From: Octopus vulgaris
Lineage: Eukaryota
Assembly: GCA_951406725.2 (NCBI GenBank)
Contig: OX597837.1
Span: 17,608,001 to 17,672,000, forward strand
DNA length: 64,000 bases
Reading direction: 5' to 3'
Positions 41,521 to 54,574 of the stretch are shown here, piece after piece (the first letter of the stretch is position 1; every line of letters starts with the position of its first letter). The notes under the pieces are model-generated. The model was not told the DNA's origin. It ran no database searches and was given only the letters and a program-made list of their open reading frames with translations. A program made the translations under genes and the position numbers.

Positions 41521-42748
41521 AGAATGAAAAATGTAGGTGAAGAATCCTAGAATATTCTTAAGTAGTGAACCTAGGAATGTACAGAACAAATAGCAATTAA
41601 ACCTGGAAAATACAGGGCAAGAAGGTAAAATACTTAAAATATTGCTGCTGAAGTTAGAATTTGCTAAATAAATTTCTGAAATTGTTTATGAAATAGCATT
41701 TGCATTATTTAGTTCTTCATATTTTTTGGCTCTTTATTGCAAATTTTTAAAAAATTTGAAGTTAATATTTTTGATTTAAAAATTTCTTTATATTAAGCTA
41801 AAACATTTCGGACTTATTTTTAATTATTATATTATTTTCTTTTTCTTAACAAAACTCATTAAACAAAAATTTAAAATCAGATATTGTATTATAAAATTGG
41901 CTGTGTGGTAAGTAGCATGCTTACCAACACATGGTTCCGAGTTTAGTCCCACTGTGTGGCACCTTGGGCAAGTATCTTCTACTATAGCCTTGTGAGTGGA
42001 TTTGGTAGATGGAACTGAAAGAAGTCCATCGTATATATGTATATATATATATATATGTGTGTGCGTGTGTTTGTGTCTATTTTTGTCCCACCAACATCGC
42101 TTGACAACCGATACTGGTGTGTTTACACCTCCGTAACTTAGCGGTTCAGCAAAAGAGATCGATAGAATAAGTACTAAGCTTACAAAGAATAAATCCTGGG
42201 GTTGATTTGCTCGACTAAAGGCGGTACTCCAGCATGTCCACAGTCAAGTGACTGAAACAAGTAAAAGAATATGTAATTCAAAACGGTAAAATCTAGTAAA
42301 AAAAATTTTTTAAGAACCAAAAGAATTCATTTCTTTAAAGTTTGCATTATGAGACAACAAAATATTTTCTATTTACAGTTTGGAAAATATTTCAAAAAAT
42401 GAAAACTACAGAACAAACTGAGTACAGAATCCAGAAATTATTTAATTTTATTGGTTTTTTTTTAATACTTAGGGGCTATAGTTGTCAATTTTGCTTAAAT
42501 TGCTATTATGTTGTTTTTAAATAAAGAAATTGTAATATTAAATTTTTAATGTGTAAACTAGTCTTTTCACTAAAATCAAAAATAAATAGCTTCTTGAGTA
42601 TTTTAATTTAAACTTTTAAGTAAAAATGAAAATATAAGAGGGCATTAATTACTATTTTAGTTTTTAAATTCTAACTTCAGCAGCAATATTTTAAGTATTT
42701 TTTTTTTCATCTTGTCCTGTACTTTTCCACGCCCACATTTTTCATTCT
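41521..42748. mobile_element. AT-rich element with long imperfect inverted repeats (MITE/foldback-like)
   Basis: A 36-bp perfect inverted match pairs 41627-41662 with 42666-42701 and extends imperfectly outward to 41521 and 42748. Confidence 0.6.
41899..42270 (+). mobile_element. tRNA-derived SINE with CR1-like 3' end (partial antisense copies at 36380-36560, 41108-41260, 62055-62191)
   Basis: GGCTGTGTGGTAAG (A-box-like)...GGCACCTTGGGCAAG...internal (TA)n/(TG)n...GGCGGTACTCCAGCATGTCCACAGTC..GACTGAAAC. Confidence 0.75.
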
Positions 42749-43066
42749 AGTGCAGTACTGCTAGGAGCCTTGGACTACAAAAGTGTTCTGGTAGCATGAT
42801 ATGTATTCCAGGAACTATGTATAATCAAATCTAATTACTGAATATATATGTACCAAATATTGTAAAACAGATAATAAACCATTACTAAGAGCTAAGATCT
42901 ATCTTCAGTAGAAACCAGTTCGTTTGTGTGATTAATGCTGTTGAAGGAAAAATATGGATGCTACAACATTCTAGTTTTGTTTCCCTTAAGTATTATACAT
43001 CCTTTATGATTAGTTGGCTGAAAACAATATTGTTGATAACATTGTTGCAATTGCTCTTCTACCCAG

Positions 43067-43187
43067 ATTTGTCAATGCCCTGTACCCCTCTGCAGATGAT
43101 GATGTTATCACCTCACCATATAACAGTGTCCTAGCCATGCATCAGTTGACACACAAAGCTGATTGTGTTCTGCCAATTGAGAACCAG
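43067..43187 (+). CDS. TUBE1: Epsilon-tubulin exon
   Basis: acccag|(R)FVNALYPSADDDVITSPYNSVLAMHQLTHKADCVLPIENQ|gtatgt; phase 2/0. Confidence 0.95.
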
Positions 43188-43648
43188 GTATGTTATGAAT
43201 TAAGTGAGCAAGGAGTTTTATTTTTCTCTCTCTTTCTCTGTCTGATGGCTCTCTCTCTCTCTTTCTTTCTCTCACTTTTTCCCCTATTTCAATATATAAG
43301 TGTCTCTATTTGCATGACAAGGGATTCTCAAGAAGTCATTCTACCTGCTAGAAACAGCATCCAAACCTCTCAAAACACCCTACAATCTTAAAAAAGAGCA
43401 TTGGCTAAACTTGCCTGAAAGAAGATGAGATGGTTTGGTCATAGGTCTGTGCAATCAGAGCTACCTTGGAATGAAACAACAGCAGTAACAACACAATAAT
43501 AATAACAACAATAGCAAAACCAGAAATAATTCCATATTACCATGTCAGCAGTAGAGCAAGGAATAACATGTCATCAAATTTTTTAATCATGTCAGAGATA
43601 TTTTATTTCAGTGTCTTTGTGATAATTTGTAACTTGGGGATATTTCAG

Positions 43649-43842
43649 GCTTTGGTAGATATTGTGGACAAAATTGGTCAAGCAGTTCCATGTGAGAAGT
43701 CAGGGAAGAGAACTTACAATAGTAAAATTCTACCAAACACTGCCATCTGTGCAACCAATACCAAGTTATCCAAGCTAACCAAACAAAAACCTTTTGACTC
43801 AATGAACAACATTGTTGCTAATCTGATACTTAACATGACCAG
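43649..43842 (+). CDS. TUBE1: Epsilon-tubulin exon (includes the variable insertion)
   Basis: tttcag|ALVDIVDKIG...KQKPFDSMNNIVANLILNMT(S)|gtattc; phase 0/2. Confidence 0.93.
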
Positions 43843-44164
43843 GTATTCATGATCTTTATATTTCATACTCTTTTATTCATATATATCCTGAATGTTTGTG
43901 AACAGTACTCTAATTGATGGTGAGTTTCTAACAGGGGATCAATCACTGATTTATTTGATTCATCAGTGGCAAGAGTAACAAAGGAATGTCTCTGTAGCTG
44001 AAGTAGAATAATTATTTAATGTAATATTTTTGTTGCTTATGATGCTTTATTGGCTTTCTTGCCAGAGGATGCATCTTTGACTGATGTACATTGGCAAACA
44101 ATATCCCCATGCATATACATATACCTAAAAATATGTCTCTCTGTGTTTATATATATTTCTTATT

Positions 44165-45890
44165 TTTTTACTAGTTTCAGCCAGAGGCTGAGGCTATGCT
44201 GGAGCACTGCCTTCCAGTGTGTTTGGGTTTTTTTCTTTACTGTGAAGTAGCAAGTTGGACAGAGGTGCTCTTCTTTGTACCTCCTGCCACAATGTGGGTT
44301 CATTTGGTACCTCAGATAAAAATTGTCTAGATGCTCATTGAAGACCTCTATATCTACACCTCGCAAATATCTGAGGTTGTCTAGCAGTATCTTGAATAGT
44401 TGTGGACCCATGAAACCCAAGCTGTTACAGTACTGGGTCCTTATTCTATATGGTAAAGATGGGATCTTTGGTACTATACTTCCATTGTTATTCTATAACT
44501 TCCAATTTTAATTAAACTATTTCTTGACCTACAAAAAATATATTAATTTACTAAAACCCCTCACAAAACTAAAATCATTAATACACATGGTAAATAACTC
44601 TTCAAAATCAAATATATTAACAAAATCATAATATCTAGGATAACTTGCATGAACCCAAATAAATAAAACCCTGATTAATGATATAGATAAACCCTTAGAA
44701 ATAATGAAAAACCCTCTCTAGTTTGGTGATTGATATAGTTTTCAGTTCCAGGGTTGGGAGCTAGCCGTTCCAGGATCTTTCATATGTACATCACTTCATA
44801 TTTTTCATGTGGATTCCCTGGTCACACACTGACTTTGACTCTGGGATTGCACTATCCTGGTCCTGTGTATTACAATTGCAGTCTGTTTGTGGCCAATAGT
44901 GGAGTGCTTGAATATTCACAGCATTGAACTGCATGTTATTTTCGTCAGCCCATTTGTATATTGCATTCAGGTTGTTTTACAGTTTCAGTATATCATCAGG
45001 GTCCTTGACCATCTATGCTACTTTTGTATCATCTACATAGCTGGTGAGAGTGGCTGAGAGCATGTCTGAGAGAGGTCTTCAAAGAGCATCTGGACAATTT
45101 TTATCTGAGATACCAGATGAACCCACATTGTGACAGGAGGCATAAAGAAGAGCACCTCTGTCCAACTTGCTACTTCACAGTAAAGAAAAAAAACCAAACA
45201 CACTGGAAGGCAGTACTCCAGCATGACCTCAGCCTCTGGCTGAAACCAGTAAAAAAAAAACCCACCACAAACAGTAGTGATCCCAGACAGTTCCTTGAGA
45301 GATTCCATTGCAAATTGATGTCTCCCCAAAGAGAGTGCCATTGGCTGCAACTGTCTGACTTCTTCCATTTAAAAAGTCATGCAGCAACTCTTCTAGTTTT
45401 CCAGTGACACCAAGCTCATGCAATTTGTAACATACCATGCTATGATCAACTTTGTCAAAGGCTTCGGCAAAGTCAAGATATATCACATCTACATTGAGTG
45501 GTTAAGCTGCTGTTTCAGTATCTTGTCATAATGTTGTAAATGTGTGAGGTAGCTCCTCCCTAGACAGAAGCTATGTTGTGTTTGTGAGCAAATTATTTTC
45601 TTTCAGCCTCCCCTTTGCAATGCGTTCAGTGACCTTGTGAAGTCAGAGAGATTGGCCTGTAATGTTTAGCAGCTGCTCTGCTTTCTCCTTTATGGACAGG
45701 GCATATGATACCTTCTTTTAACAATTTGGGAGTTTTACCACTTGCAAGGTAACTCTGAAAAAGTATATGTAGTGGTTTTGCAAGAGCTTTCTTGCATGCC
45801 TTTAATAGAACAGTCAGATATCCATCTGAGCCCATTGCTGAGTTTGAGTTCATCTCATCAATGGCCAACATCACATCTTTTATGTCCCAA
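44165..45890. mobile_element. Rearranged, decayed CR1 fragments (3' end in both orientations plus minus-strand RT)
   Basis: IYLDFAEAFDKVDH, YRPISLTS and GPQLFKIL motifs; 44175-44345 is the reverse complement of about 45075-45250. Confidence 0.8.
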
Positions 45891-45914
45891 ACTTAGCTTC
45901 TCCAACAAACTTGC

Positions 45915-46038
45915 AGGCTTTCTTTGCCTTTTATCCTTTTGGGGTTGATAAAATAAGTACCTGTTGAACACTGGGGTTGAATATAATCGACTTACTCTCT
46001 CCTCCAAAATTGCTGGCCTTGTACCAAAATTTGAACCA

Positions 46039-46070
<32 letters not shown>

Positions 46071-48650
46071 TTCAAATTCCGCTGAGGTTGACTTTACCTT
46101 TCATCCTTTCATGGTCAATAAATTAAGTACCAGTAAAACACTAGGGTCGATGAAAATAACTAGTCCTTTCCCCTAAAATTTCAGGCCTTTTACCTATAGT
46201 ACAAAGGATTATTATTATTATTCTAAAGGCAGTGAGCTGACAGAATTGTTAGCATACTGGGCAAAATGCTTAGCGGTATTTCACCTGTCTTTATGCCTGA
46301 ATCGATGTGATTGGCTAACTACTACCTGCAAATTTCAGGCCTTGTGCCAATAGTAGAAAGGATTATTATTATTAAGAAGACAGTGAAGTAACAGAATGAA
46401 TAGCACACCAAACAAAATGCTTAGTGGCATTTTGTCCATCTTTATGTTCTGAGTTGAAATTCTGCCAAGGTCAACTTTACCTTTCATCCTTTTGGGGTTG
46501 ATAAAATAAGTACCAGTTGAGCACTGGGTTCAATATAATCAACTAGCCCCTTCTCACAAAATTTCAGGCCTTGTGACTTTGATACAAAGGATACTTATTA
46601 AAGCTATAACATGCTATATTAGTTAGTTAGGATGTTGTGTCATGGTTTGGTGATAAGTCTCCTCAAATCTCAAGAATCTTTCATAGGATTCTTGTAGGAT
46701 AAGGATTGCACTTTGTGTGTCAAGTATGCGAGTTTTAATTCCAGTATCCTTCAACCACTTAGGCAGTGGTTTTGATGTTGTGCCAAGTGCACCAGTTACT
46801 GCTGGAGTAACTGTCATCTCAGCCATCCACAATCTCCTCAGTTCTCTGACTCGGTCATGATATTTGTTCTTAATTTTCTCAATTTTTTTGGTATCCACTC
46901 TGTTATCATATGGTATTGCAAAGTCTGTGGTCTTACGTCTTTTATATTTTTGTCCTCTATAAACATATTTGGTCTTCTTGTTTCAATACTATGGTCAGTC
47001 TTTATTGTAAATTCCCATAAAATCCTGTGATTCTTATTTATAATCACAGCCTCTACCTCACAGTTGTGTCTGCAGTTATACTATTTTTGTGCTAGCTCAC
47101 TGTACCCACTCAGGAGAGGGTAAATATTTTTGTTTCCATTCCCACAGATTCTGTCTTTGGTCTGTGACAGAATATAATCATTCCTTATTATTATTATTAT
47201 TATTATTCAGTCCCCTCATCCTTCGCCCTTGTGGCAAATAAATGAAATAATCATCATCGGCGACTGCGTCATCATCATCGTTGTTTAGGTAGTGAGCTGG
47301 CAGAATCATTAGCACGCCAAGCAGGATCCTTACTGACATTTCTTCTGTCTTTATGTTCTGAGTTCAAATTCCACCACGGTTGACTTTGCCATTCATATTT
47401 TCGGGGTCGATAAAATAAGTACAGTGAAACACTGGGGTCAATGTAATTGACTAGTCCCCTCCCCCAAGATTTCAGGCCTTGTGCCTTCAGTAGAAAGGAT
47501 TATTATTATCATTATTATTATTATTATTATTATTAAGGCGGCAAGCTGGCAGAATTGTTAGCGCACTGGATGAAATGCTTAGCAGTATTTCACCCATCAC
47601 TATGTTCTGAGTTCAAATTCAACCAAGATTGTCTTTGCTTTTCATCCTTTCACGGTCGAAAAAATAAGTACCAGTTGAACACTGGGGTCAATGTAATCAA
47701 CTCATCTCCACCTCTACTGAGATTCCCTCATGGCAAAAATTTGAAATAATTATCATTATTATTCAGTGCCCTCATCCTTCACCCTTGTGGCAAATAATTT
47801 TTTTCTTTCCTTCTTTCTTCAAATTTTCTTCCATTTCTCGCCGAGTGTTTTCCGTACACCTAGGGCAGAGAAGCTCATTGTATGCATTCCCAGATTACAC
47901 ACGCAAATTCACAGGTAAAATATGTATTTAAAAAAAATTAATAAATATATAAATTCATGAATGGATGTTGTTTTCACAGCAATAATGTTCTTCTCAGTAC
48001 ATGAGTCGTTCCAGTTAACACGATTTTTTGCATTTCCTGTAGGGATGATAAGCCTGGAATCATTTTCAAATAGGTTTCAGTACCTTTTTTTATCATTCCT
48101 AGAGATCCTACAATCACTGGTACTGTAGTCTCTTTGAGATGCCACATTTTTCAATTTCTATTAGCAAGTCTTTATATTTACTGATCTTTTTATTATTATT
48201 ATTATTATTATTATTGAGGCAGCGAGCTGGCAGAATCATTGGTATGCTGGACAAAATGCTTGGCGGTATTTCGTCTGCTGCTACATTCTGAGTACAAATT
48301 CCACCAAGGTCAACTTTGCCTTTCATCCTTCGGGATCAATAAATTAAGTGCCAGTTGAGTACTGGGGTCAATGTAATCAACTATTACCTTCCCCACAAAT
48401 GTGAGGCCTTGTGCCTTCAGTAGAAAAGATTATTATTATTAATATTATTATTATGAAGGTGGCAAGCTGACAGAATCATTAGCACACTTAGTGGTATTTC
48501 GCCCATCACTGTGTTCTGAGTGCAAAGTCGACTTTGCCTTTCATCCTTTCAGGGTTGATAAATTAAGTACTAAGGAAACACTGGAGTTGATATAATTGAC
48601 TAGTCCCCTTCCCCAAAATTTCAGGCCTTCTGCCTATAGTAGAAAGGATT
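45915..48650 (+). mobile_element. Head-to-tail cluster of about 8 tRNA-derived SINE copies separated by (ATT)n, with nested R4-like fragments
   Basis: Repeated GAGCTGGCAGAAT...CTGAGTTCAAATTC...CTTTCATCCTTT...AAGTACCAG...CAGGCCTTGTGCC...AAGGATTATTATT units; more copies at 50585-50800 and 51127-51305. Confidence 0.85.
46625..47150 (-). mobile_element. R4/Dong-like LINE RLE-domain fragment (another at ~47800-48190)
   Basis: ILWEFTIKTDHSIETRRPN...KIKNKYHD..REL.RLW....VTPAVTGALG, a degenerate PD..D/E.K restriction-like endonuclease region. Confidence 0.7.
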
Positions 48651-50520
48651 AGAGTTGACCATCGCTACTTGGAAGCCATCCTGAAAGCAGGTGGTTTCGG
48701 ATCCGTTTTCAGAGTCTGGATTGCTGCAATACCTGTTCAGTGGTCAAAATAAACGGCCACCTATTGGAGCCGTTTGGCATCGCACACTTGGTCCATCAGG
48801 GCTGCCCACTGTCACCTCTTCTGTACGTATTGGCACTCGAGCCACTACTGCAGAAGTTGGTACAGCTAAAGGGCATCCATTTCAAACTGAGACAAGGAAT
48901 GGCAGTGCTGGTGTAAACAAACCATGTCACTGTCATGGTATCAGATGTCTCCGAAGTGGAGACGGTTGGTGCCATCTTAAAGGAATATGAGGGGCGAAAA
49001 TCAATGCTGACAAATTAGTGGGTTTGCGGTTGGGTTCCTGGATAGCATCATTAGTCACTGGACCGACAGACCAGTTAAACTGCTCAGGGTCTGGTTTCGT
49101 CCCGACCTCCAGGTAGATAAGAACTGGGACGAGGTGGCAAACAGGGTGGCCAGTGTTATCCAGAAATGGACTGAGAGGAAGCTCTCCCTAAAAGGTCAGG
49201 CAAAAGTGGCAAATGCTTACATTGCCTCCATTATCATTTATCACCTGACCATCATGCCTTGTCCCAATTACTGCTTGACCAGGTTGGAGCGTCTCTTATT
49301 TAAATTCTTGTGGAAGAAACACGTTCCAATGGTCAGATGGTCAGTCTGTTGCCAGCATCAGGTATACCATGGCTCCTAATGCACAGATACACTCTTAGGT
49401 TACACCACCTGCAATGATTTCTGAATGGTGAGCATGTCTAGGCTCCGTTTGTGAGGCTCATCTTTCCACAGTTTGTCTCCTTGATGAAGTTGCAATCTTG
49501 GGTGAAGAAAAGACTGAGACTGGGTGCCTGACACCTAGAATGTCGTCAGGCACTCACAGCCTTTACAAGTCGGGCAATGGGATTAGAGGATGTTCCACTT
49601 TAGAAATTTATAGAGGTTTAGTGGCGGGAAAGTGCGACAACATTCTCAGGGAGACTCTGGGCGCCAACGAGAACAAACTGACTAGTCTGTTCCAGAAGAC
49701 TTTCTGGTAAGGAACTATCATGGATAATTTCCAGATGTCCTTGACCTAATAGTGCTACTGGGGTGGGGTGCTCCTAATTCAAGATAAACTCTACAGGCAC
49801 AGATGTGATGTCAGACAGTCTTGTTTGAGGTGCGGACAGAGTGACGAAACTGTTCTGCACGCACTCGTCTAGTGTCCAGGTATTGCTGATTTGTGGGGTT
49901 ATGTCAAACAGCTGCTGTCACATGTGGGAGAGGTCTGTTTGTCAGCCAAGTCTGTAGTGATGATCACACTGCCACCCTCCTTCAATCGGGCAAGCAAGGC
50001 AGTTTTCTTTTGCCTGGTGGCTGTGGTAGACAAGGTTGAAAGGCATGAAGATAGATACACCCCTCTTTGGTACAGCTCTCATTGACTTCTTCAAGTTTCA
50101 CTTGAAAAGACAATTGAGTGGAGAGGGAAGTGCTGTCCTTGAATGAGTTTATTGAAAGGTGGGTGAAAGTTGCAAAAATGGCAAGAGAGGATGATAACTT
50201 TGAAAGTGTAGACCTGTGAGTCAGAGAGAAGGAATTGGAGAGGACACTTGCTCTTGGGGTTTCAGGGAAATCTCGGACAGTGGGTTCCTCGATTATCCCT
50301 AGAGGCCTTCCTGTATCAGGAGGACCACATCCCTATCCCTGCCACTTAAAATTTTTTTTAACCTTTGTATGCTATGCATGTGTCCCTTCTTTTTCAGTGT
50401 ATACTGTGTATACTTTCTTTCCACCGTTTTTTTTTATCATTTCATTATATGTAAACCCCTTCACTATGTCTGTCTTTGTATTGTCCCCTCATCTTTTGTC
50501 CCTGTAGCAAATAAATGAAA
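48651..50520 (+). mobile_element. Tx1/L1-clade LINE, 5'-truncated and decayed
   Basis: RVDHRYLEAILKAGGFG, QG.PLSPLLY, LLRVWF..DLQVDKNW, RKLSLKG.AKVANAYI, C.RCGQSDETVLHAL; AATAAA near 50509 followed by (ATT/GTT)n. Confidence 0.8.
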
Positions 50521-50547
50521 TTATTGTTGTTGTTATTATTGTTGTTG

Positions 50548-50583
<36 letters not shown>

Positions 50584-50799
50584 GAGTGGTGAGCTGGCAG
50601 AATCATTAGCATGCTGGGTGAAATGCTTAGTGCTATCTCATCTGCTGCTACATTCTAAGTTCAAATTCTGTCGTGGTCGATTTTTGCTTATCATCCTTTC
50701 AGGGTCGATAGACTAAGTACCAGTTGAACACTAAGATCAATGTAATTGACTTATCTCCTCTCCCAAAATTGCTGCCCTTGTAGCAAAATTTGAAACTTT

Positions 50800-50840
50800 T
50801 ATTATTATTATTGTTATTATTATTGTTATTGTTATTATTA

Positions 50841-50902
<62 letters not shown>

Positions 50903-50931
50903 GTTATTATTATTATTATTACTTTTTTTTC

Positions 50932-50973
<42 letters not shown>

Positions 50974-51069
50974 GTTATTATTATTATTATTACTTTTTTT
51001 TCTTTATTATTATTATTATTATTATTGTTATTATCATTATTATTATTATTGTTATCATTATTGTTATTG

Positions 51070-51126
<57 letters not shown>
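50800..51126. repeat. (ATT)n trinucleotide microsatellite
   Basis: Directly visible; source of the poly-L/Y/I pseudo-ORFs. Confidence 0.97.
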
Positions 51127-51127
<1 letters not shown>

Positions 51128-51334
51128 GGCAGCAAGCTGGCAGAATTATCACTGGAATGGACCAAATGTTTGACTTTATGTTGCAAGCTTAAATTCCATT
51201 GAGGACAGCTTTGCTTTTCATCCTTTCAGGGATGATAAACTAAGCCCCAGCTGAGCACTGGGTTTGATGTAACCAAAATTTCGGGCCTTATATCGATAGT
51301 AGATTGTTGTTGTTTTATACTTTTTTTTTGTCAG

Positions 51335-51475
51335 TTCATCTCGGTTTGAAGGTTTGTTAAATGTTGATCTGAATGAATTAGCCACAAACCTGGTTCCTTA
51401 CCCAAAACTTCATTACCTCGTGGCCAGTCAAACTCCCCTCTATGCATTAGCTGATGTCAACATTGCTCCACGTCG
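51335..51475 (+). CDS. TUBE1: Epsilon-tubulin exon
   Basis: tgtcag|(S)SSRFEGLLNVDLNELATNLVPYPKLHYLVASQTPLYALADVNIAPR(R)|gtaagt; phase 2/2; not in the ORF track. Confidence 0.95.
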
Positions 51476-52980
51476 GTAAGTTAAAACATTTTTTGTCTTG
51501 ATAATTTTATGCTTGTATGTATGCTTTGTGTGTGTGTGTGCATAACTGTAACACAGCAACACATTGAGTACCAGTAACATCATCGTCATCGTCACTTAAC
51601 ATCCATTTTCCATACTGGCTTGGGTTGGATGGTTTGACAGGAGCTGGCAAGCCAGAAGACTTCACCAGGCTTCACTGTCTGTTTTGATATGGTTTTTATG
51701 GCTGGATGCGTTTCCTAATGCCAACCACATTATAGAATGGACTAAGTGATTTTTACATGGCACCAGCAGATGGATCACCAAGTAACTTACAAGACAAAGA
51801 TAGTAACTTGCAAACTTTTCTTTTTATGGAGGCACAATGACTGTGTAATGAAGGTTTTAGACTGATGGTCACAAGCTCACGACTTCAAATCTTGTTTAAG
51901 CTATTGCAATGGGATCTTAGATAAACAATTATCTCACACTTTGTGTTAGAAAAATCTTTATTTCCACTTCACAGTTCAAAGTTTAGTGGACAGCCAAGTA
52001 TAAGAGAAAGTATCAACCCAAACCTGCAACTGAAAAAATAAATTCTGTTAATTTAGTATTAATATATTCATTGTTGAATTGTTAGAGAATCAGTGAAAAT
52101 GCTTTGTAGTATTTCTTCTAACTCATTCCTTTCTGAGCTCAACTTTGCCCTCATGCTTTCAGGGATACTAAAATAAGGATCAGTTGAGCACTGGGAGAAA
52201 GGGGGATGTAACTGACTTGCCTCCATCCCCTTAAAATTACTGGCATTATGCCAAAATTAACAAAGGAACAGAAAGAAATATGTTCATTCTAAGCACTGTG
52301 TGGATTAATGGTTTAAAAGTTTGCTTTGCAACCACAAGATCTTGGGTTCAATTCTACAGCATGATATCTTCGACATATATCATTTCCTATAGCCTCATAT
52401 CACCCATAACTTGTGAGCGAAATTAGATATGACATGATATCAAAAAGTTCCCGGACTAGTTGTGTAGTGCACCAACAGATGGCAGTGAGAGCTAGCAGTG
52501 ATCTTCATGAAGCAGTGTGCTGTGCTTACTTCACAAGTTGTGAAATTTGTACTTTTGTGATCACATGTATGTTGTAATCTGGGATTTTGCCATGGACAGG
52601 AAGTTGGGACAAATTCAGGAGCAAGTTATTCAGTTGATCGAATAAATGAATCTTCATTGTCACATGATGGAAATCCATCATCACAATATATTCAATGAAA
52701 TAAATATAGAAAAAAAAAACTAACTACAAAATTTTGATGTGTTAAAAAACATCAATAGTAATCATTGAATAATATTGCTTCAGCAAGTAAGGGAAGACAA
52801 CTCCAGGCATGTTTTTGTCATATTGAACTTCAACACAGCATAATTTCACTGTAATTGAAGTAGTATTCATAGAAAAATAGAAATGAAACAACATAGGACT
52901 TGATTCAGCATTATTAAACCTCATCAGCAAAGCATATATGGAGGTCATAGAATGGTTGAGTAAAACTTTTACAGTATTTA

Positions 52981-54272
52981 CGAGGGGCGTTCAATAAGTA
53001 ATGCCCCTGACCCACTTCCCATAGCAGTAGAGCAACGAAACTTGGCACAGTTATTAGTCTTTTTCTACATAGAAACCACCCAGAGTTACGCACTTCTCCC
53101 ATCGTTTGATGCAGCGCTGGAGACCGTTTTTGTAGAAGACCCCAGCTTGGTCCTCCAACCACGACGTGACTTCAGAAATCAAGGCTGCATCATCTGGGAA
53201 ACGCTTTCCTTTCAAAAACAACTTCATGGCTGGGAAGAGGTGAAAATCAGAGGGTGCAAGGTCAGGAGAGTAGGAGGGATGGAGGATGAGTTCATAGCCG
53301 CACGCCTGTGCTTCTGATCTGGCGATACGCGAGTTGTGGACCGGAGCGTTGTCCTGCAGGAGGACAATGCCTTTGCTGATCTTGCCCCACCTCTTGATTT
53401 TGATAGCTTCTCTTAATTTCCTCAAAAGTGAAGCATAATAGGCTCCTGTAATCGTTGTACCCTTTGCCAGGAAATCTGTCATCACTACTCCGTCCTGGTC
53501 CCAGAAGACTGTGAGCATGACCTTACCAGCGGAGGGCTGCACCTTTGCCTTCTTTGGAGGAGGTGAGTCATGGTGCTTCCACTGCATTGACTGGGCTTTG
53601 GTCTCTGCATCATAGTGATGGACCCAGGTTTCATCCTGTGTAATCAGTCTTTTGAAAAATTTTGACTCATCTTCTTGGCACATCTCCAAATTCATCCTTG
53701 ACCACTCGACTCGTTCTTGCTTCTGGAAAGGTGTGAGCAACCTGGAAATCCATCAGGCAGACACCTTTTGCATATACAAATGGTCATGAATGATAGTTTC
53801 CACAGACCCGTTACTAATCTTGACCTCATAGGCTATTTGGCGAATAGTTATGCGTCGATCTTCCAAAATGGCAGCCTCAACTTGACAGACAGATGCCTCA
53901 TCAATGGCAGAAGAGGGCGACCAGATCTGGGAGCTGTTACTACGGACATCCGACCATGTCTGATTTCACGATGCCAGCGTTTTACAAGGTCATATGATGG
54001 GGCATCATCACCATAAGTTACTTTCATTTCATCAAAAGTCTCCCGTGGTGTGCGTCCTTTCAAATACAAAAACCGGATCACTGCTCGACACTCAACAGGC
54101 TCCATTTTACACTTGACTCAGTTCAAACACCTGTAAATCAGAAACCACAATTAGTTCAGAGCTGTAATTTGCCACTTAATCTATAGACATATCAATAATT
54201 GCACATGCGAAATTTCGGCTAGACCAAATAACTGCAAGTGGGTCAGGGGTATTACTTATTGAACGTCCCTCG
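52981..54272 (-). mobile_element. Full-length mariner (DD34D) transposon, irritans/Himar-like, with a disrupted transposase
   Basis: 37-bp TIRs CGAGGGGCGTTCAATAAGTAATGCCCCTGACCCACTT (52981-53017 and 54236-54272, 2 mismatches) with flanking TA at both ends. The transposase 54105-53054 has ITQDETW, QDNA and YSPDLAPSDF motifs, one frameshift near 53890 and a TGA stop in SA*WIS. Confidence 0.96.
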
Positions 54273-54433
54273 TATTTTCATCCCTCTAGATTCTGAGTTA
54301 AAATCTTACACTATATCGCATCTCTTCAAGTTAAGTAAAGATCCATTTACCTTCACCTTCACTCAATCAGAAGAAATCAATTCATCTAAAACAATCTTGT
54401 TTCTCAACTTTTTTTCTGTTTACTCTTTAACAG

Positions 54434-54574
54434 TCTTGACCAAATGTTCTCTGATGCATTTTCAAAAGACCATCAACTGATAAAAGCTGACCCCAGACAC
54501 AGTCTTTACCTTGCTTGTGCTCTCATGGTGCGAGGAAAAGTGAGTATTTCTGACATGAGAAGAAATATTGAAAG
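54434..54574 (+). CDS. TUBE1: Epsilon-tubulin exon
   Basis: taacag|(R)LDQMFSDAFSKDHQLIKADPRHSLYLACALMVRGKVSISDMRRNIE(R)|gtgagt; phase 2/2. Confidence 0.95.

Noticed and set aside
45915-48650. tRNA genes suggested by A/B-box-like motifs
   Set aside because: No complete cloverleaf; the motifs are heads of degenerate SINE copies
50790-51202. Poly-Leu/Tyr/Ile/Asn ORFs resembling membrane proteins
   Set aside because: Pure (ATT)n microsatellite
53054-53740. Possible domesticated SETMAR-like gene
   Set aside because: It lies between TIRs with TA duplication, has no SET domain, and the upstream part carries a stop and a frameshift
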